From Corallochytrium limacisporum Hawaii (taxonomy: Eukaryota; Protista; Pluriformea): a DNA stretch of 64,000 bases. This document shows positions 34,505 to 43,265 of this stretch, piece by piece. A program made the translations under genes and the position numbers. The stretch is taken from NCBI GenBank assembly GCA_002811645.1, contig PDIP01000042.1:34736-98735 (forward strand), read 5' to 3'. The notes beneath the pieces were generated by a model, which made no database searches, was not told the origin of the DNA, and was given only the letters and a program-made list of their open reading frames with translations. The first letter of the stretch is position 1. Each line of letters begins with the position of its first letter.

Positions 34505-35491
34505 CTACAAAACCAATCCTTCTGCCGTTAATGGGATCCGCAGCCCATCCCAGGCCACGACCACCCGCAGCAAGTGGTTGCGATGTGGGTAGTCAGCCAC
34601 TCTCTTCATAAGCTGGGCATTGCAGTAGTCTTGCAATTCATGATGCTCCACGATGTGGCACATGCCTGTGAGGTAGCAAATTTCCAAGCTATCCTCTGCC
34701 AGACGCCAGGCCACCCCTAGGGCATCGTCAACGCTGAAATGACTGACGTGGGATTCCCATTTGAGAGCATCAATAATCAGGATCTTAGTGCCCCGTAGCA
34801 GCGGCCAGGTCTCGTCCGGGATGGTTCCAACATCGCTGATGTAACACGTGTCGCCAAACCGGAACCCTAGACTCCAGAAATTGGGTCCATGAAGGACAGG
34901 CAGAGGGGTCCAGTCCCGGTAGTCAGCGCAAGCAAATTTAAGATTGCGATCAAAGACGTTGAACCCCAACTCTGCTACTAATCCGCTTCCCGTGGCTTTG
35001 GATGTGTCGACCAGGTATGGGAATGCACTCCGACAAACCTGCAGGGTCGGTTCATCGCAGTAAATGTCCATATGTGGCTGGACATGGCCCCTGAGGGTCC
35101 AGTCCCTCAGATCATCCAGACCGAGCATCGCATCAGAGTGCCCATGGGTGAGAATTACACCGTCAATCCGCGAGTAGCCATACCGGGGAAAGAATGCGAT
35201 AGCTGAGGACCGAAAGCTCTTGCCCACATCAATGACAACTCGGCGGTCGTGGCATGTATCACCATGGAGTGCTTGTTGACTGCACCGCAGAGTCACTACG
35301 ACGCTGGTGTTCCTGCGGTGGTTGTGGTTCCAAGGATCCCGGGCGAGATTGCACGTTTTGCAACATTCACCGGGAGGCTTAACTAAACAACCCATAGACG
35401 GAACCCCCGTGGACGTGCCCGTACCTAGGAAAGCAAGACTGATTGGCACTAGACAATCATCCCTTGCTGCTAGAGACTCTTCTTGTGTCAT
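34505..35491 (-). CDS. Metallo-beta-lactamase-fold hydrolase (PhnP-like)
   Basis: First ATG at 35491. FLGTGTSTGVP, CKTC, RRNTS, IDVGK, LTHGHSDAMLGLDDLR, YISDV, SHFS, GMCH, AWDGL. Confidence 0.92.
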   Translation of the reverse strand: MTQEESLAARDDCLVPISLAFLGTGTSTGVPSMGCLVKPPGECCKTCNLARDPWNHNHRRNTSVVVTLRCSQQALHGDTCHDRRVVIDVGKSFRSSAIAFFPRYGYSRIDGVILTHGHSDAMLGLDDLRDWTLRGHVQPHMDIYCDEPTLQVCRSAFPYLVDTSKATGSGLVAELGFNVFDRNLKFACADYRDWTPLPVLHGPNFWSLGFRFGDTCYISDVGTIPDETWPLLRGTKILIIDALKWESHVSHFSVDDALGVAWRLAEDSLEICYLTGMCHIVEHHELQDYCNAQLMKRVADYPHRNHLLRVVVAWDGLRIPLTAEGLVL

Positions 35492-36222
35492 AGCCAAAGT
35501 TTCTCTTACTCAGTCTCTCTCCGTTGTGTGTCTGTGCGTCTGTCTGTGTGTTGGGTATGTTGATCTGTTTCATTCCACCACCGCCTTCTTGTGCTTGTAT
35601 CTCGCGTCACAGTGGCGGTGATGCTTGTACCGGAGTCGCTCAATAATCGCTTGAAGAACAGGGCCAATGAGTGAATTGCAATGCGTCTTTGAAATAAGCA
35701 CTACAGTATATCAAGATATCGTTTTGACATACAATGATGATCCATTGTTCTCCGCCCACCACCACTTGCCCGATCCTCCCCTCGTCGGCCCAGGCCCCGG
35801 AACAGAGGGGCAAAGGCGGACAATGATGGGACAAAGAGGGAGGGGTGAGGGACGCCCAGGTGACTGGGAATATAATTTGTCCTAGTAGGTGGAAAATAAA
35901 TCACAGGGTCTTATTGTTGGATTGGAAACACCCAGCGCATCTCCAAAGAGAAATGAGTGAAAGGAGCCGAATTCATATGTTTTGTAAGAATACTTGCCGT
36001 CGTATACTTTAAAAATGCTACAGTAAGCTGGATGGCGTAATAGCTGGTGTTTCATCTAGAAACACAACCGATTTTGATCACAGACACATTATAATGTAGC
36101 TATCTGTTGTCAATTATTACGTTTGCATATAGTTAAGAGAATTGAATATGCGAAAGCCTCAAGAAATGCATTGAATTCGATTCCACTCTCGAATCGAATA
36201 GAATATCGGTGTGATGTCACTT

Positions 36223-39200
36223 TTATTGGTCAGGAAGATCGGCAATCACTGCATCACCGGTTAAGTTTATCAACACATATGCAGTATTGCGATGTGATGA
36301 ATCAAGAAGTTTCAATTGGCCGATTGTCATGCCTATCAATGCATTTCCACCAAGAGAAGCGACGTGGGCCCTGGCCATCGCCTTGGCTTCCAAAAGGAAG
36401 TGATACATAAAATTCGCGGCTCCTCCTTGCTCTCGAAGGGCCATATTTTCCTTAATGACAAAAATATTCACAAACCCAACATTTCTCTCGATTGTGGCAC
36501 CAGGAATTCCTGACAAAGATGTCAGCTTCACAGTTGGAGTATCCAGAAACGGTGTTTTGATGTCTGCGGTTTCATCGCCGTCGGAATCTTCCGAGTCCAC
36601 AGAAATCCTGTGGGTTTTCATAGGGCGCTTCACTACGTTGCAATGCATTATTATTTGCACCACATCCTCGTCAGGAATCTGAATATCGTATTCGCATCTA
36701 GCCACGCTGCATGGTTGGAATATTGCAACTCGCGAAACCATTGACGCATGCAGTCCGTGGAAAATGTGGGAGAGTTGCTGGCTAAGTGGTCCATCATTGC
36801 GGATAGTCACCCGCTTCATAGCAACTATACTTTGCAGTACCCGGACACCTGAGCTACTCGCCGCGTTTCTGTACGTTGGATCACCCGGCACGTTCTCTGA
36901 GGTGCAGAAGGTAATCCATTGGGGATGGACGGGGTCCAGTAGGGCAGCCATACTGTCTTCGTCGGTCTCATCGTCAACTTCCATTACAAATGAGGTTTTG
37001 TTACGTCCGCCAATGGCATTGATAACCAGGTCATCGTCTTCTTCATCGGAAGACGATACTGAAGATGAGGTCGCTGAGTCTTCACCTTCATCGGTCTGTC
37101 TGAAGCTACCAAAGTCATCACTTCTAATTTTGAAGCCACGTTTCGCATCGGATTTGTCCTGCACGAGCGCTCGTTCTTCTTGGAGTGCCTGGTCCATGCG
37201 ACGACGACTCTCCAGACTCAGTTCCGCAATCTTCTTCTGCATACCCACCAACTTGCGATCCTCCTCATCAATAATCTCCAAGGACCGCAGAATACTGATC
37301 AGTGGGGGTTGTGGCAAGGCACTTACATAACTTGCAGTGCCGGAGGCGTGGCCCACAATCAAGTTTGCCCCGACACTTATATTGATACGAAGGTTGAAGA
37401 TGGCGTTCACACCGTGGATACGTAGCTTGTTGAGTAACTGAGAGTGGAGATCGTATTGAAGGAAGGGGAGAGTCTCGCTGACAGCTACAGCATTTGCACT
37501 AGAACTATTCTGCTTTTTGCGGGCACGGCACACACGGGCTTCGAGCAAGAATCCCTCCCCGGTCAATGGCAGACCTACTGGCACATCGCTGGTGCACAAC
37601 AGCACATCGGGTACGTACTTCTTCCGACAGCAAGCACATTTCACCAGATGCATTGGCAGATTGGACACCTGGTTCGCAAAATTAATGTGACATAGACTGC
37701 AGGCTAATCTACGTTTGGCTCGCATGTTCAAGCGATTGCGCACATTTAAAGCCGTGGTTGGAGGATCATCTTCGGGGTGCGCGCCCGACGGCCAGCGTCG
37801 GCGCGTGTTGGTCCGATAGGAACCCCCAACGATCAGTCCCGCTTCAGTGACAAGGTGGTCTCCGGCGCTTGTCCTGGTGGTACTGTTGTCGTTCGGTCTC
37901 TGATCTTCCGGGTCGTCCCCATTGCTTTCGGAGTAAGCCTGACGTTGTGCGTTGACGATTTCATTCACCGCCGCTTCTGGCGCCTGAGGATCCAGTGCCA
38001 TCAGTGCAGGATGGGTCAAGTCAAGGGTCACTGCGGTACCCTGCGCATATAAAATTTCCAATTCACCGCAGATGGTGATGCTCTCAGTATACGCAATGAC
38101 TGCGCGATGCCCTAACGTACGACAGTGACTGCGAATCTCCTCACGCAGTTCTGCCCACCAAGCGTCACGAGCATCTTCCTCTTCCGCATCCTTCATGTGA
38201 TACAGCACTTTGATACTAACAGCGCTGACAATACCACCTAAGGATTTAAGCAAAATGCTCGGTACATTGCGCACAGTCAGAATGTTAATGTCCTGAGCAC
38301 GGAGGCGAATAGCATTGCGAATGCCAGAAATACCAGAAGATGTGGGTGCAGGCATGTTATGTGCAGCCGCTGCACTGGAGGAGCTCTGCGAAGGCGCTGT
38401 ACTGGGTACCGCGGATTCATTTTCGATATAACCACTGGTGACAGGCGAAATGCTGCGCTCAGGAGAGCCTGGTCCGCCTTTCTCCGTTTGGGCGTTGAAA
38501 CTGACTTTGGTGCTCTTGCGTTGCGGTACATCATCTATCTCCTCCTCATCATCTTCGTAGTCTTCCTCGTAATCACGCTCTGAACTAGTGTCGTCTCTGC
38601 GGGTCTCTGATGCCGTACGCCTTCTCGGGTCCTTGCTGGTGTGATCTGTAAGCTTCTTCGGTGCTCCCGAATCAGATTCAAGCGCTGTATTCCCAGACCC
38701 AGGTCTCAAAGCAGGATTGCGGGTCACTACAACAGTATCAAAGATTACAGCTGTACCAATAGCACGGGCAACTAGTCCATACTCTCCTTCAATGTCAAAA
38801 GATTGCCGGTAACCAACCATAGCATTACCGCCCAGTTCAAGGACCTTCACACCAATCTTGCGCCTCAATTCTCCCGCTAAATTCCAGAAAAGTCGCTCAC
38901 GTGCCTCATTGCTGCTACGAGCACCCCTGAAGTTGTCCAACCACTGGTACTCCGGATCATCATTCACGATCAATTCCTCAACCATACCAAGTACCTGCAA
39001 AAGTCGACAACCAGGATAGGGTACCAACCGTGGACTTGCGAAGAATGCAACACCACAACTCGTGTCTCTAAATCGATTAAAGTCTAAAAACAGTTCCAAC
39101 TTCACATTCAAATTCAGCTCTCCCCGTAGCCCATTTATCGTGTCATGTATCGGAAACCAACCACTGAGCTGGCTAGGGCACTCCGGGGGTGCCAAAGAGG

Positions 39201-39477
39201 ACAGGTCTATCCGCACTTTCCCGACGGCGTCATCAGCAGTTAATGTATCATAGTCCAAAACTTTGACTTCCAAGTGATGGTTCTGAATTTCCTCATCGTC
39301 CAATTCGAACCGGAAGTCTGCATTCCATACGGGATTAAGAGTCTTTGGACACACATTTGTTTTGAAAGAGTCGTCTCCTATTCGGCATTCCACATACGTA
39401 TCCGCCAGATCGGAGGCTCTGTCCATGACTGGCAGATCACGGGCTGCAATAACCCGGACCTTGACAATGCCTGGCAT
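36223..39477 (-). CDS. C2CD5: C2 domain-containing protein 5 (KIAA0528/CDP138)
   Basis: 1084 aa. MPGIVKVRVIAARDLPVMDRASDLADTYVE, EELIVNDDPEYQW, SNEAR, ARDAWWAELREEIRSH, KYVPDVL, LPFLQYDLHSQL, RAHVASLGGNAL. Confidence 0.96.
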   Translation of the reverse strand: MPGIVKVRVIAARDLPVMDRASDLADTYVECRIGDDSFKTNVCPKTLNPVWNADFRFELDDEEIQNHHLEVKVLDYDTLTADDAVGKVRIDLSSLAPPECPSQLSGWFPIHDTINGLRGELNLNVKLELFLDFNRFRDTSCGVAFFASPRLVPYPGCRLLQVLGMVEELIVNDDPEYQWLDNFRGARSSNEARERLFWNLAGELRRKIGVKVLELGGNAMVGYRQSFDIEGEYGLVARAIGTAVIFDTVVVTRNPALRPGSGNTALESDSGAPKKLTDHTSKDPRRRTASETRRDDTSSERDYEEDYEDDEEEIDDVPQRKSTKVSFNAQTEKGGPGSPERSISPVTSGYIENESAVPSTAPSQSSSSAAAAHNMPAPTSSGISGIRNAIRLRAQDINILTVRNVPSILLKSLGGIVSAVSIKVLYHMKDAEEEDARDAWWAELREEIRSHCRTLGHRAVIAYTESITICGELEILYAQGTAVTLDLTHPALMALDPQAPEAAVNEIVNAQRQAYSESNGDDPEDQRPNDNSTTRTSAGDHLVTEAGLIVGGSYRTNTRRRWPSGAHPEDDPPTTALNVRNRLNMRAKRRLACSLCHINFANQVSNLPMHLVKCACCRKKYVPDVLLCTSDVPVGLPLTGEGFLLEARVCRARKKQNSSSANAVAVSETLPFLQYDLHSQLLNKLRIHGVNAIFNLRINISVGANLIVGHASGTASYVSALPQPPLISILRSLEIIDEEDRKLVGMQKKIAELSLESRRRMDQALQEERALVQDKSDAKRGFKIRSDDFGSFRQTDEGEDSATSSSVSSSDEEDDDLVINAIGGRNKTSFVMEVDDETDEDSMAALLDPVHPQWITFCTSENVPGDPTYRNAASSSGVRVLQSIVAMKRVTIRNDGPLSQQLSHIFHGLHASMVSRVAIFQPCSVARCEYDIQIPDEDVVQIIMHCNVVKRPMKTHRISVDSEDSDGDETADIKTPFLDTPTVKLTSLSGIPGATIERNVGFVNIFVIKENMALREQGGAANFMYHFLLEAKAMARAHVASLGGNALIGMTIGQLKLLDSSHRNTAYVLINLTGDAVIADLPDQ

Positions 39478-39884
39478 GTCTAGGTCTTAGAACTGTGTTT
39501 ACGGGCTCGGAAGTACAACAGTGAGACCGAAGGCTCACGTCCCAGGTACACTCATCAGTCGGAAATATGCGGTACCTAGAGTTTTAGATCGGAGTTCACT
39601 ACGTATCTACTGGAAAGTCTTCATCGAATCTACAAGAAACTATATAGAAATATGTGTTTTTTAGCTTTGGATTCCCAAATATACCCCACAGTGGCGTAAA
39701 TTCATGAACAGAACGGCGGGACGTTCTGTCTGCGCAGATTTGGTCCCGCTCGCCTTGTGATATTAAGAGAAAAGGAGGAGTGGGGGCCAGTTGATTCCGC
39801 AAGAGAATGCGTGGCTGCCACTCGAGGTGGCCGTTTGTGTACAAGTCATGTTATTTGAACGACTCTTTGGATATTACAACCACA

Positions 39885-40574
39885 ATGGATCGTTAGAATC
39901 GTTAGCAAACCTTTGAGATTTTCGCGAGTGTCCATACTAGGCACTCAGGCAAAGTAGTCGCCACAATTGGATCAGTGGGGTCAAGGTTACTCCGCCACCG
40001 CGCGCAAGTGCTCGCGAAGCGGGGACAGGAGCAAGGTGGCCTCGTATACGCTGCTCCCTTTCTTCGGGAATTGCGCTTTATCACCCGCTTAAAGATTTAC
40101 CACCTTGCTGGCTCATTAGCTTTTCTTGGTGTGTACACCATAACTCCACAACCACTCGAAGAGGACAAACGGAAGGCTCGAGAGCTTAGGTTTCAAATCG
40201 GCATTGTTGCCACTACAGCAGCATTTGGACTCCTTGTCGTCACCTCCATAGCAGCTAGCCGGTACGTGGGTGAGATCAGATTGCTGAAAAACGACAGCAG
40301 CAAGGTTGTTCTTAGTCATCTGGATTTCTGGGGCGGACGGATAGATCAGGTGGTCAGCAAGAGCAATTTCAGTGGACCCTGGGCATCCCTTTCCGATCAG
40401 CGGATCAGTCGCAATATTGCCAACAATCCTCTGGAAGCACTCAGATTCAAAGCAGATGAGTCGAATGTAGTTCAGTCCATGTATGTGACGCCCCGCTACG
40501 CACGCATTAAGTTACCAGACGATTTTCGTGGTATTATGACATCCATTGGATCACAAATCTTTGATAGATCGTAA
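39885..40574 (+). CDS. TMEM186: Transmembrane protein 186 (complex I assembly factor); 5' end needs either a 57-nt intron (39892-39948) or a non-AUG start (~39966)
   Basis: FITRLKIYHL, two TMs, RYVGEIRL...VVLSHLDFWGGRID and MYVTPRYARI match remembered TMEM186 motifs. There is no in-frame ATG between the TAG stops at 39894/39903 and position 40479. Confidence 0.8.
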
Positions 40575-40587
40575 GGGAGCGGACAAC

Positions 40588-41724
40588 ATGGAGCCACAGA
40601 CTTGGTCTTCCTTCCTGAGCAATGGAGCGCAGTGGCCATTGGGCGTGGAGATCCTCGGATTGGCGCCGCGTCCATTCAAATTGGGTTCGGGTGCTTATCC
40701 CACCTGGATGGCAGCGATACTGACTGCACGACTTCCATTCCTGTGCATGAGCAACGAACCCGTCCGGGACACCGCCGTGATGGGGGCAGGTATCGGTGTC
40801 CGTCATGAAGAGGGGGCATTTACACTGTCATTCCTTACTTCTGCTGGTCCAACTGCAGCTCAGGTGGCCAGTGTGGTTGGCTCTGCACCCGAGAGTGCAG
40901 GAGATGTGCCTTCAGCGAAGGGAGTCCTTTGCTTCCTCGGTGTCGGTATGTCTGTCGGAGCTGATGAGCAACATGGTTGTGGATACCTTTCCGAAAAACG
41001 GTTGGCACCAAGAGGTGCAGGCACTTCTGTATCAACCGTAAACGAGGCTTCCGAGGTAGATTTGCGATCTGTGGATGGTCTCACTAGCCACCTAGTTCTG
41101 ATGGGGTCCCCTGTGCGAGAGCGTTTAACCATAGAGTATGCCATTGACACGTACCAGAGACGAAGCACAGCTCTAGACAATGTACAATCAATAGTCCAGA
41201 CTCAGGGGTTCCCTAGTGTCCTCGGATGGGTTTCTCAAAGCGTTCATGCAGGCCTCCGACTCACGAAGGCGATCTCAGTCGGTCTCGGGGCGTCAGCGAC
41301 ATCAGTTATGACGGCGGGTACAGCTCAGGTGCTATCCTCTGAGGATCATCCAGTAATCCCGTTCATAAACGCAGAATACCGGACCAGAAGGTTGACAGTC
41401 TTCGGTGCTGGTACTGTGGATGGTGAGATCATGATGAATGTGCAGACTCAGCAACAACGCCGCACAGTGCTCTCTTTCCTACGCCGACACAGTGATGGCA
41501 CAGTAGCGGTCGGGTTTGGGATCGGCTCCCGTAAGAGTGGCTTTTTTTCAGAAGCATTTGTGTCCGGACCATGTGCGGGGTCAAGTCGGGTTATGTTCAA
41601 GTCCTCACACTCCATCTCGTCATGGTTTGGCCTCATTCTGTGTGATCTGTCTGTTATCTACCGCATTCAAAATGCAACGGGGTCATTGAAAACCCTTGTG
41701 CAATTCACTTGTGGCGACTCGTGA
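40588..41724 (+). CDS. Uncharacterised beta-strand-rich protein, possibly a divergent Omp85/Sam50-like mitochondrial beta-barrel
   Basis: 378 aa from acaacATGg. Alternating Gly/hydrophobic strands; C-terminus SSWFGLILCDLSV...LVQFTCGDS resembles the Omp85 terminal strands. Confidence 0.55.
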   Translation: MEPQTWSSFLSNGAQWPLGVEILGLAPRPFKLGSGAYPTWMAAILTARLPFLCMSNEPVRDTAVMGAGIGVRHEEGAFTLSFLTSAGPTAAQVASVVGSAPESAGDVPSAKGVLCFLGVGMSVGADEQHGCGYLSEKRLAPRGAGTSVSTVNEASEVDLRSVDGLTSHLVLMGSPVRERLTIEYAIDTYQRRSTALDNVQSIVQTQGFPSVLGWVSQSVHAGLRLTKAISVGLGASATSVMTAGTAQVLSSEDHPVIPFINAEYRTRRLTVFGAGTVDGEIMMNVQTQQQRRTVLSFLRRHSDGTVAVGFGIGSRKSGFFSEAFVSGPCAGSSRVMFKSSHSISSWFGLILCDLSVIYRIQNATGSLKTLVQFTCGDS

Positions 41725-43265
41725 ACCACTACACCCGTCGTTTGCCTTCGTAAATTAACCTCCATCCTCTCCGCTATTGAACATAAAAATGACTGCGATC
41801 ACAGCACACAGTCCATTCCATCCATAAACAAACATCGTGCGTGTAAATTCTCAGATTCTTAGGAATGTCTGCGGTCCATTGATTGTTCTTCTCCCCCGCC
41901 GCACAAACCTTTGGGGAGCTCTGCTTCGGACAGGTAAGTTTTAGATGCCTGGCGAGCGAGCTGAAGGGAGGGCTGTCTTTCTCTCTGTCTCGACCAATCA
42001 GAAGTGCTCAAAGCCCCATTCAGTGCTGGACAGATGAAAAGGCACCCTCTGGAGGGAAAGCAGAGCAAAAGAAGGACGGGATGGTTTCGTGGACCAACCC
42101 GAGGGGTTAGTGTTGGCGGTCTCGAGATTTTCTCAAAAGCAGACAAAGCCATTGCTAAAAATGGGAAGAAAATGAGGGCACCTCCAGTGGCCAGAACACA
42201 TACGTTGAAGCACAGCTCTTCGGTAGTGGTTTCATTGCTGAACACAAGTCCAGGTCGCGAAGTAAACCGTCGACTGAAAATGTATGGGGAAGGTCTCACT
42301 CGTTGGCGCGAACTCACAGTCGCAAATTGTTTGTCACATCTACGCATACTCACTTGTGCGCCTCACTTTTCCCCTCCCCCCCGTTTTCGTCCTCCTTTGC
42401 GATCAGGAGCGATGCATTTCGCGCGGTGCAAACGTGATCGTCGCCCAGTGGGAAGTTAGACCAATGTAAGAGAGCTGGGAGGGAGGGGAGTGGGGAGGTT
42501 TTAGTGGAACAAGGGGAACACCAGTTTGATGTGGAGTTGTCGGTGACCCAGTCCTTGTGATGGGGGGAGGGGAAATTTGTCACGTTAGCCGGGGAGGGGG
42601 GATATTCAAAAGTATCGGGGGGATATAAGCAGAGAGCTGAGAGTTACTCTGCGGAATGCGAGACTACCATATGAAACATATGGAAAGTACGGTCGCCACC
42701 GGAAGCGGACCCGTCACTCCTGTGACCGGGGCATTCACAGATGGTCGGTCGGTCTCCTTTCTCCAATTCGTGTACAGCGCAACCACAGTGAGCCGAACAT
42801 GTCCATTTTCATACTGAACGAATGGCAGAGAAGAGTATGTGAAATTTGCGAGTCTCCTGCCAATCGAACAGTTTCTTCCCCCTTCCCCGCACACTTACTG
42901 TGCACAGCGTCGCGGGGGTGATCCGAAGGACACGCGAGTGTCAGCCAGCCAGCGCCGTTCGTCCTGGAACCATCAGATCCTATTACTGAGCGTAAATGTT
43001 GGTGAATGCTTAGAAATAAACAAAGGCATTCTTCATGGCTAGGTCCTTCCGCCAACAGCCTAGGTTTTGTGCCTGGCTGTGGTTCTTGCGGTCCAATCAC
43101 TAATGAGCTCCAGGTACTTCGGGACCGGGAGCTTTGGAATGCCTGTGTCTTGGGTCACCTCCCCTTAGGGGTGATCAGCCACCTCAAGTCGTTGTAGCGA
43201 CAAGTGCCAGCTAGAGTGGATAGAGTATGTGAGCACGATTGGAGTTCACGCTGACTTTTTTAACC

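Noticed and set aside
41859-43197. ORFs of 60-164 aa between the beta-rich gene and the phosphoesterase
   Set aside because: No motifs, overlapping on both strands, and within a G-run-rich promoter-like region.
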